From the NCBI GenBank assembly GCA_963757595.1, contig CAVWRX010000005.1:95510-159509 (forward strand): a stretch of 64,000 bases of DNA, given 5' to 3'. Numbering within the stretch: position 1 is the first letter of the stretch; each line of letters starts with the position of its first letter. The position numbers were made by a program, and so were the translations under genes. The notes beneath the pieces are model-generated. The model made no database searches and was not told the origin of the DNA. It saw nothing but the letters and a program-made list of their open reading frames with translations. This DNA is from an uncultured Chloroflexia bacterium (GTDB lineage Bacteria > Chloroflexota > Limnocylindria > Limnocylindrales > CSP1-4). This document shows, one piece after another, positions 42,156 to 51,811 of this stretch.

Positions 42156-43004
42156 GTGACGGCCATCGCGCGCCCCGAGCTCCTCGCCTCATCGGAGTGG
42201 CTGGCCGAGCAGCTCGGTCGCCCCGATCTCCGTATCCTCGACGTCCGGTGGCGTCCGGACGGGACCGCCCGCGGGATCCATGCGTCGGGCCATATCCCGG
42301 GGGCAGCCTACCTCGACTGGCGGGCGGAGATGATCGAGCCGGACGACCCGGACGCAGGACCGGGCCTCCGACTCGCAGGCCCGGAACAGATGGCGGCGGC
42401 TCTCGGCCGAGCCGGCATCGGCGACGGGACGAGCCTGGTCATCTATGACGACACCCTCGGCCTGTACGCCGCGCGCGCCTGGTGGAGCCTCATGGTCTAC
42501 GGGTACGAATCGGCCCGAATTCTCGATGGCGGGTTCCCTGCCTGGACTGCCGGCGGGCGGCCGATCTCGAACGCCGGCTACCCGGCGGCGCCGGCCGTCT
42601 TCACGCCTCGTGCAAATCCGCGGCTGCGCCTGACGACAACCGACGTCCGGAGCGTCCTGGGTTCGGATGACACGCTCCTGGTCGACGCCCGTGCGGCGGC
42701 CGAATTCCGGGGCCACGAGGGCAACGCCCGTCGGCTCGGGCACATCCCCGGCGCCGTCAACGTGCCCGTCGGGGCCATGCACCGGCCCGGGACCCAGGAG
42801 CTGCGCGACGCGGCCGCCCTGCGGGACCTGCTCCTCAAGGCCAACGTGACCCGTGGCCGACGAATTATCGTGTACGACGGGTCGGGCGTTGCCGCGGCCC
42901 GCCTCGTGTTCATCCTGAGCCTGCTCGGGTACGAGGACGTCGGCCTCTACGACGGTGGCTGGGCGGAATGGGGCGACCGGCTCGACCTGCCGGTCGACCG
43001 CTGA
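42156..43004 (+). CDS. Tandem-domain rhodanese (SseA-like) lacking the catalytic Cys
   Basis: GHIPGA twice, LDGG..AW, LYDGGWAEW; active-site loop reads YDGSGVAA. Confidence 0.88.
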   Translation: MTAIARPELLASSEWLAEQLGRPDLRILDVRWRPDGTARGIHASGHIPGAAYLDWRAEMIEPDDPDAGPGLRLAGPEQMAAALGRAGIGDGTSLVIYDDTLGLYAARAWWSLMVYGYESARILDGGFPAWTAGGRPISNAGYPAAPAVFTPRANPRLRLTTTDVRSVLGSDDTLLVDARAAAEFRGHEGNARRLGHIPGAVNVPVGAMHRPGTQELRDAAALRDLLLKANVTRGRRIIVYDGSGVAAARLVFILSLLGYEDVGLYDGGWAEWGDRLDLPVDR

Positions 43005-43067
43005 GCGTCAGGCTCGGCTCCCGCTCGCGCCCCGCCCGCGCTTCGCCCTGACCTCGTCGGCGCGGCC

Positions 43068-44792
43068 TCAGTCTGACGCCGGCGGCCGGCGCTGCGACTC
43101 CCGATGACCGGCCGTCACGAGTTGCTCGACGCCCAGCTGCAGCTCGTTGAAGAGCCGCTCGACGGTTGCCAGCGTGTCGGCGTCGGCCGCCGACTTGTCC
43201 CGGCGGAGGTGGGCGATGCGCGGGAATTGCAGGGCAAACCCGGATCGATGACGGGCTGACCGGAGGATGACGTCGAAGGCCACCTCGATCACGATCGTCG
43301 GTTCCACGACTCGGTACCGGCCGTGGACGCTGAGGGTGTGCGCCTCGAACCAGACGGTCATGTCGGCGATCTCGGCGTCGGTCAGGCCGGTATAGGCCTT
43401 GCCGATCGTGACCAGCCGATCGTTCGCCTCGTCCCGGACCGCGAACGTGTAGTCGGAGAGCACGCCATGGCGCTTGCCGTGTCCGAGCTCGACGCCCACC
43501 ACGACGCAGTCGATCGTGGCCAGTGCCTTCTTCATCTTCAGCCAGCCGTAGCCGCGCCGGCCGGGGGTGTAGGGGCTCGCCGGGTCCTTCACCATGAGGC
43601 CCTCGTTCCGGCGTGCCCGCGCTGCCGTGAAGGCCACTTCGAGCGCATCCGCGGACGCCGCCGTCACCAGGTGTGATCGAGCGAATGATCCTCCGGCTTC
43701 GGCAAGGGGCAGGCCGATCTCGTCGAGCCGGGCTCGGCGGTCCTCCAGCGGGCTGTCGAGCAGCGAGGACACGGATGCGCCCGCTCCCGGGCCATGGCCG
43801 AGCACGTCGAACGCGACGAAGATGACCGGGACTGCGGCCCGGATTGCCGGCGTCGGCGTCTTGCGTCCCAGCCGCGCCTGGAGCGCGACGAACGGCAGCA
43901 CCGTCCCACCCAGATAGCCGAGGATCTCGCCGTCGAGGATCCCGTCCCACGCCAGCGACCTGGCCGCATCGACGATCTCCGGATAACCGCGCGAGATGTC
44001 GTGAAGGTCGCGGGAATAGAGGCGCACGTCGGAGCCGAGCTTGTGCAGCTGGGCCCGGATCCCGTCGTATTTGTCCTCGACCCAGACCACCGGCCCCAGT
44101 CGGCGAATGATCTCGGAGGCGTCCTCTGCGGGCGACGCCAGCATGAACTTGAGCGGGTGGAAGAGTGCCAGCCCCGCATCGGCAAGAGTTCCGTCCCGGG
44201 CGGCGACCGCCGTCCGGCCGATGTCGCCCGTGAGCATTCCAGCCCGCTTGACCGCGTCGATCGGGCGATCGAAGGCTCGAGCGAGGGCGGCCTCCACGAG
44301 GCCCTCCCGGAGCCCGATACGAAGGTCCCCGGACAGGACCTTGACGACCGCCCGGGCAGTGGCCGGGTCGCACCTCCGGAGCAGGTCGGCGAAGATGAGG
44401 GCCTTGCGCCCCGGTCCGCTGGCGGCCTCGATCGCGACGAACGCCGCCGCGACGTCCTCAACCGTCGGCGAAACATCGGGATCCGGCTCGTGTCCGGCGC
44501 TCGCCAGCACGTCCTCGACGGCGAGACCGAGGTCCGAGTGGCGATCGTAGGCGGCGCCGAGTGCGTCGCGGCTCACGCCGGCGACCTCCGCCACCGCGCC
44601 GGCCATCGTGGCCCAGCCGAGGCCGGTTGATCGCTGGTCCGCCTCGGCGAAGGGGCGACCGGTCAGGAAGATCACGGCATGGGCCAGCTCGGCACGTCCA
44701 AGTGTCGGCAGGTAGGCCGCGAGCAGTGCCGTCTTCTCGGATGTGCGCGTGGTGGCCGCGACGCGCTCGGCGAGCTCGCTCCAGCGACGCAT
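43068..44792 (-). CDS. ATP-dependent DNA ligase
   Basis: EDKYDGIR, LDGE, EGLMVK, WLKMK, FPRI. Confidence 0.95.
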   Translation of the reverse strand: MRRWSELAERVAATTRTSEKTALLAAYLPTLGRAELAHAVIFLTGRPFAEADQRSTGLGWATMAGAVAEVAGVSRDALGAAYDRHSDLGLAVEDVLASAGHEPDPDVSPTVEDVAAAFVAIEAASGPGRKALIFADLLRRCDPATARAVVKVLSGDLRIGLREGLVEAALARAFDRPIDAVKRAGMLTGDIGRTAVAARDGTLADAGLALFHPLKFMLASPAEDASEIIRRLGPVVWVEDKYDGIRAQLHKLGSDVRLYSRDLHDISRGYPEIVDAARSLAWDGILDGEILGYLGGTVLPFVALQARLGRKTPTPAIRAAVPVIFVAFDVLGHGPGAGASVSSLLDSPLEDRRARLDEIGLPLAEAGGSFARSHLVTAASADALEVAFTAARARRNEGLMVKDPASPYTPGRRGYGWLKMKKALATIDCVVVGVELGHGKRHGVLSDYTFAVRDEANDRLVTIGKAYTGLTDAEIADMTVWFEAHTLSVHGRYRVVEPTIVIEVAFDVILRSARHRSGFALQFPRIAHLRRDKSAADADTLATVERLFNELQLGVEQLVTAGHRESQRRPPASD

Positions 44793-44817
44793 GCGGGCGA
44801 TGGTATACCGTGCCCAC

Positions 44818-45441
44818 GTGGGCAAGCGAGCGTCCTTTCCGAACTCGATCGAGGGCCGGAGCGTCATCCTGCGCCGCCATGTCCCGGGAAACCTGGATGC
44901 CTTCCGGCGCTGGTACGCGGATCCGGAGATCGCGCGCCTCGCTCGCTACCAGGAAGGCCCGATGCGGGAAGAGGAGATCGACCGGTTCTTCCAGGTCCGG
45001 GCGATCGGCCCCGACTCGCTGACGATGGCCATCCATATCCGGGACACGAACCGCCTGATCGGCACGTGCGCCTTCAGCCAGCTCGATGGCGACAACGGGT
45101 CGGTCATGTACCACATCACGATCGGCGAGCGTGATGCGTGGGGCCACGGCTATGGAACGGAGGCAACGCGCCTCATGGTCGACCACGCCTTCGGGACGCT
45201 CGGACTCCATCGGATCTCCCTGACGGTATTCGAGTTCAACGAACGTGCCGTTCGTTCGTACGTCTCGTGCGGGTTCGTCGCGGAGGGTCGCGGCCGGGAA
45301 TCGATCCGTCGCGACGGCCGCTGGTGGGATGAGGTCTCCATGAGCATCCTGGAGTCGGATTGGCGACAACACCGGGCGGAGCACCCCGACAAGGTCGTTG
45401 CGCCTCGCCGGAGCCTCGCGACGCGCATCCTCGGGAGGTGA
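44818..45441 (+). CDS. GNAT (RimJ/RimL) acetyltransferase
   Basis: WGHGYGTEA, LHRISL.V..FN.RA..SY..CGF..EG. Confidence 0.88.
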   Translation: MGKRASFPNSIEGRSVILRRHVPGNLDAFRRWYADPEIARLARYQEGPMREEEIDRFFQVRAIGPDSLTMAIHIRDTNRLIGTCAFSQLDGDNGSVMYHITIGERDAWGHGYGTEATRLMVDHAFGTLGLHRISLTVFEFNERAVRSYVSCGFVAEGRGRESIRRDGRWWDEVSMSILESDWRQHRAEHPDKVVAPRRSLATRILGR

Positions 45442-45443
45442 CG

Positions 45444-45722
45444 ATGGCATCGAGCGGACCCGCCGCGGATGCGGCGCGGGCGACCTTTCGGGATCAGATG
45501 GAGGCGAAGGGCCACACCGTCGAGAACGCCAGGACCGCAATCGCCGGCCTCGAGGCGGCGTTCGCCGCCGGCACGCTCCAGCGGACTCCCATCCTCGACC
45601 AGATGCTCGCCGATCTCATGGTCGCGCTGGAGCAGGATGACGGGCAGCGCCTCGGCGGCAAGAGCGCAGAGGCGGCGCGGTTCATCCTCAGGGCAATCGC
45701 CCGCGAGCTCGAGAACGCCTGA
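45444..45722 (+). CDS. Hypothetical protein
   Basis: GGAGG SD; helical ORF coupled to the GNAT gene. Confidence 0.65.
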   Translation: MASSGPAADAARATFRDQMEAKGHTVENARTAIAGLEAAFAAGTLQRTPILDQMLADLMVALEQDDGQRLGGKSAEAARFILRAIARELENA

Positions 45723-45740
45723 GCTCTTCCGACGCGGGGC

Positions 45741-45771
45741 TTGACTCTCGACCTGCCCGAGGGTCCACGAT
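45741..45771 (+). promoter_or_regulatory. MerR-type promoter (TTGACT-19 nt-CACGAT) with dyad operator
   Basis: 19-nt spacer with the inverted repeat GACTCTCG/CGAGGGTC directly upstream of a MerR gene. Confidence 0.75.
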
Positions 45772-45778
45772 GGGGCAA

Positions 45779-46621
45779 ATGGACGACGACCTCCTCTCCA
45801 TCGGGCACTTCGCGCGCCTGACCGGGGTCTCCGTCGGCGCGCTGCGCCACTACGACGAGCTGGACATCCTCCGGCCCGCGGATGTCGATCGTTTCACGGG
45901 CTACCGGCGATACCGGCGCGAGCAGGTCGAAACCGGTCGGCTCATCGCCCGCCTCCGGGATCTCGAGGTCCCGCTGGACGAGATCCGGCTCGTGCTCGCG
46001 GCCGACGACCCGGCGCTGCAGCGCCGGCGGATCGCCGACCACCGGAGTCGCATCGAAGCGCGAATCAACCGCCTCACGCGTGTCCTGCACGTGCTGGGGC
46101 AGCTCAGCACCGGAAGGGAACCCATCGTGTCCGAGTCGATCACCACCGACACCGCCGCCACCGAGCTCGACACCGCCGCCCATCGGCGCATCGGGGTGGA
46201 CCTCTTCAACTTCACCTGGACGCTCATCGAGAAGGCGGATCGCACGCCGGCCGAGACGGACGAGATGATCCATGCCGCGCACGCGTCGCGATACCACTGG
46301 TCGAAGGCCGGCACGAACGCCAACCTCGGCCGCGGAGAGTGGCAGATCGCCCGCGTCTACTCGGTTCTCGGCCGCGGCGAGCCGGCGACGTGGCACGCGG
46401 CCCGCTGCCTGGCGTACGCGGAGGCGGCCGTGGCTGCCGGAGAGGCGGACGACTGGGATATGCCGTCCGCCTACGAGGGCAGTGCCCGCGCCGCGGCCGT
46501 CTCAGGCCGCCTCGACGAGGCCCGGGACTGGCGCGACCGCGCCCGAGCGGCACTCGTCGACATCAAGGACCCGGCCGATCGCGAGGTCATCGCGGGCGAC
46601 ATCGCGACGCTGCCCATCTGA
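45779..46621 (+). CDS. MerR family transcriptional regulator with an uncharacterised helical C-terminal domain
   Basis: LSIGHFARLTGVSVGALRHYDE..IL.PA.VD..TGYR.Y. Confidence 0.9.
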   Translation: MDDDLLSIGHFARLTGVSVGALRHYDELDILRPADVDRFTGYRRYRREQVETGRLIARLRDLEVPLDEIRLVLAADDPALQRRRIADHRSRIEARINRLTRVLHVLGQLSTGREPIVSESITTDTAATELDTAAHRRIGVDLFNFTWTLIEKADRTPAETDEMIHAAHASRYHWSKAGTNANLGRGEWQIARVYSVLGRGEPATWHAARCLAYAEAAVAAGEADDWDMPSAYEGSARAAAVSGRLDEARDWRDRARAALVDIKDPADREVIAGDIATLPI

Positions 46622-46896
46622 GCACCCGCCGGATCAAGGCGTCGCCGGCCCCGCTGCAGCCCGCGACGAGATTCACCATGGTTGGTGACGCCCGGCCTCA
46701 CCCGCGGCCGGCGGCGAGGACCCGCGGCCGGGCTGATATCGTGGAGCGGCGGGGCCGGTGTCCCGGCGCGCGTTGAACGCCCCTGATACGTCGCGGCGCA
46801 GCACTCGGCACGGGTTCGCGACGCGTCGCGAACCGGGACACGGTCCGAGGCGGACCTGCTGATGCCGACACGAAATCGGCACGGGTTCGAGGCAGC

Positions 46897-47349
46897 GTGG
46901 AGGCAGACATCGAGCCGCGGTTCATCAACTACCCGCGCGGGCGCCTCCTGGCCGTTGCCGACGATGACGCCACGGCCGATCGCGCCATCGCGGCGCTCGG
47001 CGCAGCGGGCTGGGATCCCGGGTCCATCGAGCGAGTGACCGGGCGCGAGGCCGCCCGTGCCTTCGACGCTACCGGTGCCGGACACGGACTCCTGGCCCGA
47101 ATCGGTCGTGCCGTCCAGTTCACGCTCATGGACCAGCTGCCGGACCTCGCCTGGTACGAAGCCGCGGCTCGGGACGGACGCGTGGTGCTGATGGTTCCGG
47201 TTCGGGGCTCCCGCGAGACGGCCCGGGGCGGCGCCATTCTCGCCACCGCGGGCGCCCATTTCATCAACCACTACGGCCGATTCCAGACCGAGCAGCTCGT
47301 GCGCTGGCGCGGCCCGGAGCCGGCGGTTGCGGAGCGCATGAAACACTGA
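46897..47349 (+). CDS. Hypothetical protein
   Basis: Coherent ORF (GAHFINHYGRF) with genome-like codon usage. Confidence 0.65.
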   Translation: MEADIEPRFINYPRGRLLAVADDDATADRAIAALGAAGWDPGSIERVTGREAARAFDATGAGHGLLARIGRAVQFTLMDQLPDLAWYEAAARDGRVVLMVPVRGSRETARGGAILATAGAHFINHYGRFQTEQLVRWRGPEPAVAERMKH

Positions 47350-47404
47350 TCGCCGGGTCGGGCGATACTGGCCGTGACCGTCCCCGATCGGAGCCCAGCC
47401 CGTC

Positions 47405-48598
47405 GTGAGCAACCCATCCAGCACGGCCCGAGCCGCGGCCACCGTCAGCTTCGACCATGTCACCAAGCGCTATGCGGGCACCGACACCGGCCGGCAGGGC
47501 GCGGTCGAGGACCTGAGCCTCGAGGTTCCCGCGGGGAAGATCTGCGTCCTCGTCGGTCCTTCGGGCTGCGGCAAGACCACGAGCCTGAAGATGGTCAACC
47601 GGCTCATCGAACCGACGGGCGGCAGGATCCTGATCGACGACGAAGACGCTGCGAAGCGGGACGTGACGGAGCTCCGGCGGTCGATCGGCTATGTCATCCA
47701 GCAGGTCGGCCTCTTCCCGCACCAGACGATCGGCGAGAACGTCGGCACGGTCCCGCGATTGCTCGGCTGGACCGCCGAGCGCCGGCGCGAACGCAGCGAG
47801 GAGCTGCTCTCGCTGGTAGGCCTCGAACCGGCCACATACCGCGATCGCTATCCGAGCCAGCTCTCGGGCGGCGAGCGTCAGCGCGTCGGCGTTGCCAGGG
47901 CGCTTGCGGCCGACCCACCGATCCTGCTCATGGACGAACCCTTCGGGGCGGTCGACCCGATCGTCCGGGAGCGGCTCCAGAGCGAGCTGCTGCGACTCCA
48001 GGAGGACCTCGCCAAGACGATTCTCTTCGTCACCCACGACATCGACGAGGCGATCAAGATGGGCGACCTGGTGGCGGTGATGCAGGTCGGCGGCCACCTC
48101 GCCCAGTTCGGCCCGCCGGCCGAGATCCTCGCCAGCCCAGCCTCCGACTTCGTCGCCCGATTCGTCGGCGCGGATCGCGGACTGAAGCGCCTCAGCCTCA
48201 CCCGGGTTGGCGATCTCGACCTCCGGATGCCCGTGACGGCCGCCCCCGGCGACGATGCCGCGGAAGCGCGCCGACGGGCCGTGGCGGACCCCTTCCGCTA
48301 CCTGCTCCTCGTCGATTCGGGCCGCCGGCCCATCGGCTGGATCGACGAGCACGAGGTGCCCACGGAAGGCCGTCTCACCGAGTCCATGGCGAGCCCGATG
48401 TCACCGCTGTTGAACCGGCGGACGACCCTCAAGGACGCACTCTCGATGCTGCTCGATGCGGACGTCCAGGCCGGCATCGTGGTGGACCGGGCCGGCGCGG
48501 CGCTGGGGCTCGTGACCGCGGACATGATCGCGGAGTGGATGCGCGACACCGCGGTCGGCGCCGGCGGCGGGCGCGGCACGGTGACACCCGAGCCGTGA
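47405..48598 (+). CDS. Osmoprotectant ABC transporter ATP-binding protein (OpuCA/OsmV-like, CBS)
   Basis: GPSGCGKT, LSGGE.QR, LLMDEPF, C-terminal CBS-like region. Confidence 0.93.
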   Translation: MSNPSSTARAAATVSFDHVTKRYAGTDTGRQGAVEDLSLEVPAGKICVLVGPSGCGKTTSLKMVNRLIEPTGGRILIDDEDAAKRDVTELRRSIGYVIQQVGLFPHQTIGENVGTVPRLLGWTAERRRERSEELLSLVGLEPATYRDRYPSQLSGGERQRVGVARALAADPPILLMDEPFGAVDPIVRERLQSELLRLQEDLAKTILFVTHDIDEAIKMGDLVAVMQVGGHLAQFGPPAEILASPASDFVARFVGADRGLKRLSLTRVGDLDLRMPVTAAPGDDAAEARRRAVADPFRYLLLVDSGRRPIGWIDEHEVPTEGRLTESMASPMSPLLNRRTTLKDALSMLLDADVQAGIVVDRAGAALGLVTADMIAEWMRDTAVGAGGGRGTVTPEP

Positions 48599-49275
48599 TC
48601 GACTGGGGCTGGATCGGCGACCACGTCCCGGCCATCGCCGGGCGCGTGATCCAGCATGTCGAGCTCACGGCCCTCGCCCTGCTCGTGGGCTTCGTCGCCT
48701 CGTTCGCGCTCGCCCTCTGGTCCCTCCGAAGGCCGCGAATCTACCTCGTCGTGACGGCGATCGCGGGCATCGTCTACTCGATCCCGAGCTTTGCGCTCTT
48801 CGCGACGTTTGTCGCGATCACCGGGCTGTCCCTCCTCACCGCCGAGATCCCGCTGGTCCTGTACACGTTCGTGATCTATATCCGGAACATCGTCAGCGGC
48901 TTCGAGTCCGTCCCCGCGGATGTCCTCGAGGCGGCCGACGGCCTTGGCTACACGGCCCGCCAGCGACTGCTGCGCGTCGAGCTGCCGCTCGCGATCCCGC
49001 TGATCGTGGCCGGCGTCCGCCTCGCGAGCGTGTCGACCATCGGCCTCGTGACGATCACGATCACCTTCAGCAGCGCGTTCGGTGGGCTGGGCTTCTTCAT
49101 CACGGAGCGGCCCTTCTTCGCCACGGAGGTCCTCGTCGGTGCGGTCGGCTCGATCATGCTCGCGGGGGGGGCCGACCTCCTGTTCGCGGCCGTGCAGCGT
49201 CGCCTCACGCCCTGGGCCCACGGACCGGTCCCCGTCCGCGCCATGGCCACCGACCGTGCCCACGGCGGGCTGTGA
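48595..49275 (+). CDS. Osmoprotectant ABC transporter permease
   Basis: YSIPSFALF, EAA.GLG, VELPLAIP. Confidence 0.9.
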   Translation: MIDWGWIGDHVPAIAGRVIQHVELTALALLVGFVASFALALWSLRRPRIYLVVTAIAGIVYSIPSFALFATFVAITGLSLLTAEIPLVLYTFVIYIRNIVSGFESVPADVLEAADGLGYTARQRLLRVELPLAIPLIVAGVRLASVSTIGLVTITITFSSAFGGLGFFITERPFFATEVLVGAVGSIMLAGGADLLFAAVQRRLTPWAHGPVPVRAMATDRAHGGL

Positions 49276-49964
49276 CCATGTTCGACAGCATCGGCGCGTG
49301 GTTCGCGGATCCGGCGCACTGGTCGGGTCCGAGCGGGATCCCGACTCGGCTCCTCGAGCACGTCGAGATCTCCGTCGCGGCCCTCCTGATCGCGACGGCG
49401 ATCGCGCTGCCGGTCGGCCTGTGGATCGGCCACACGCGACGCGGCGTTCGCCTCGCGATCAACCTCGCGACGTTCGGCCGGGCCATTCCATCGCTTGCTG
49501 CGATCGCGATCGTCGTGCCGATCACCGTGATGATCGATCCGCAGCTCGGGTTCAAGGTCTACCCGACGCTCGTCGCGATGGTCATCCTCGCGATCCCGCC
49601 GATCCTCGTGAACAGCTATGCCGGCGTCGCCGGGGTCGATGGGGACCTCGTGGAAGCGTCTCGCGCGATGGGCCTCAAGGAGCGCCAGATCCTTCGCGAC
49701 GTCGAGCTCCCGATCGCGCTGCCGGTCATCGTCGGCGGCCTCCGTTCGGCAACCGTCCAGGTCATCGCGACGGCGACGCTCGGGGCACTCTATGGGCTCG
49801 GGGCGCTCGGCTCGTACATCGTGGAAGGCGTCGCCCAGAGCGACGACGCCAAGCTCTTCGGCGGCGTCATCCTCGTCGCCCTGCTGGCCCTCCTGGCGGA
49901 AGGCGGGCTGGCCCTGACCCAGCGGCGACTGACCTCGCCGGGCCTCCGATTTACGACCCGCTGA
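49272..49964 (+). CDS. Osmoprotectant ABC transporter permease
   Basis: RAIPSLA, EAS.AMG, VELPIALP. Confidence 0.9.
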   Translation: MTMFDSIGAWFADPAHWSGPSGIPTRLLEHVEISVAALLIATAIALPVGLWIGHTRRGVRLAINLATFGRAIPSLAAIAIVVPITVMIDPQLGFKVYPTLVAMVILAIPPILVNSYAGVAGVDGDLVEASRAMGLKERQILRDVELPIALPVIVGGLRSATVQVIATATLGALYGLGALGSYIVEGVAQSDDAKLFGGVILVALLALLAEGGLALTQRRLTSPGLRFTTR

Positions 49965-50027
49965 TATAGTCGCGCGGCTCGACGCAATCCGCCCAGGGTC
50001 GCGCGGCACGTTCAAGGAGGCGACCCA

Positions 50028-50942
50028 ATGCGGCTGAACCGCGGGCTCGCCCTCGGGGCGTCGATGCTCGTGCTGATCGTCAGCGCGTGCTCGACGGGAG
50101 GGGGCAGCACCAAGCCCACCGTCAAGGTGGGATCCGACGGCTTCTACGAAGCGAAGCTCATGGCCGAGATCTACGGCCAGGCCCTCGAGGCCAAGGGCTA
50201 TACCGTCGACCGGACCGGCATCGGCATCGGCACGCGCAAGGTGTCGGCCCCAGCGCTGGAGAGCGGCCAGATCGACCTGAAGCCGGAGTACATCGGCACC
50301 GGCCTCGCCTATTACGAGCCCGGCAAGCAGACCGGAGATCCGGCCGCGAACGAGACCGAGCTCCAGAATGCGCTAACGCCGAAGGGCATCACCGTGCTCG
50401 ATTACTCGCCCGCCGCGGACCAGAACGCGTTCGTGGTTCGCAAGGAAACGGCCGACCAGTTCAATCTGACCAAGCTGAGTGACCTCGCCGCGGTGGCGAG
50501 CCAGCTCAAGTTCGGCGTTGCGACCGACTGTCCCACGAACCCCGTATGCGGCCAGGCGCTCCAGACCGCGTACGGGCTCGACCTCTCGGGTGCCACGCTC
50601 CTTTCGGCGTGTGACACGCCGATGGTCCAGGCGCTCGCGGCGAAGACGATCGACGTCGGCGAGCTCTGCTCGACCCAGCCCGACATCGCCGTCAACGGCT
50701 GGGTCGTCCTCCAGGACGACAAGGCCACGCAGCCGGCCGAAAACATCGCGCCGCTCGTACGGAACGACCTCCTGACCAAGCTCGGGAGCGACAAGGACGC
50801 GTTCGAGAAGATCCTCAACGACGTCTCCGCCAAGATGGATACCGCGACCCTGACCGACCTCGGCAAGCAGGTCTCGGTGGACAACAAGGACATCACGGCC
50901 GTCGCCAAGGCATGGCTCCAGGCCAACGGCTTCGTGTCGTAG
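50028..50942 (+). CDS. Glycine betaine/choline-type ABC substrate-binding lipoprotein
   Basis: Lipobox VSAC, PEYIG, LQDDK...PAEN..P; AAGGAGG SD. Confidence 0.9.
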   Translation: MRLNRGLALGASMLVLIVSACSTGGGSTKPTVKVGSDGFYEAKLMAEIYGQALEAKGYTVDRTGIGIGTRKVSAPALESGQIDLKPEYIGTGLAYYEPGKQTGDPAANETELQNALTPKGITVLDYSPAADQNAFVVRKETADQFNLTKLSDLAAVASQLKFGVATDCPTNPVCGQALQTAYGLDLSGATLLSACDTPMVQALAAKTIDVGELCSTQPDIAVNGWVVLQDDKATQPAENIAPLVRNDLLTKLGSDKDAFEKILNDVSAKMDTATLTDLGKQVSVDNKDITAVAKAWLQANGFVS

Positions 50943-50962
50943 TCGACCCTCCGTACGCAAGT

Positions 50963-50991
50963 CGACGCCCGCCGGTCATCGGCGGGCGTCG
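50963..50991. terminator. Hairpin between convergent genes
   Basis: CGACGCCCGCCG-gtcat-CGGCGGGCGTCG perfect 12-bp stem. Confidence 0.6.
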
Positions 50992-51052
50992 CGATTCGTG
51001 CGGGATGCGGGCCGTCTCCGCGGCGCCGGCGCGGCCGCGCCCCGGCAGCACG

Positions 51053-51739
51053 TCAATGGTCGAGGTCGAGCTCCTTGAGCAGCCGGCCGCCCGCCGCCCA
51101 GCATTCCGGATCCTTCGATCGGATCCGGGACGCCTCGGCACGAATCCAGTGGGACAAGGGGTCGCCTGGGTTGGAGCCGGGCCTGCCGAGGTGCCGTGAC
51201 CGGTCCGCAAGGAAGGCCGCGTACAGCGAGGTCGGGGGCTCGGCGGCAATCCTCGCCTCGCCGCCGGGAAGGTAATCGACGCGCACGATCAGGCGGCCGA
51301 AGAATGCCCCGATCTCCCCGGCCAGGGCATCGGACCCCTGGGAATGGCCGCCCCAGCGCACGATCGGGCCGGGCGAGGTGTGCCGAACGACGCGGAGACC
51401 GGCATCCACGTCCGCGATCCCCACTGGACCCCCGAACGTCAGGAAGCGGTTCTCGACGCCGAGCCGGTCGACGACGTGCACGTGCCCCCACTGGATCTCG
51501 CGATCGCCGGTCGGCGTAGTCCGATCGATGGTCAGCGGGCGGCCACGGCCCGACTCTGCCACCCAGCAGGTGATCCCCTCGGGGTCGAAGTGCCGCAGCG
51601 TCGGCTGGGCACGCAGCGCCACGAGGAGCTGGGAGCCCTCGGCCGCCGCCGGCCGGTCGGCATTGATCAGCGTGAAGCCGAGGGTGGACAGCTCGCCGGC
51701 AACCGTCGCGAGCCATGTGCCGGTACCAAGCATTGGCAA
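51053..51739 (-). CDS. Hypothetical protein
   Basis: Protein-like ORF filling the gap between known genes. Confidence 0.6.
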   Translation of the reverse strand: MPMLGTGTWLATVAGELSTLGFTLINADRPAAAEGSQLLVALRAQPTLRHFDPEGITCWVAESGRGRPLTIDRTTPTGDREIQWGHVHVVDRLGVENRFLTFGGPVGIADVDAGLRVVRHTSPGPIVRWGGHSQGSDALAGEIGAFFGRLIVRVDYLPGGEARIAAEPPTSLYAAFLADRSRHLGRPGSNPGDPLSHWIRAEASRIRSKDPECWAAGGRLLKELDLDH

Positions 51740-51811
51740 ACGGTACCCCTGTCACAGGGATGTCACCGTATGGGACGATAGTGTCGGTTCCACCCAACGG
51801 AGTTGCCCAGC

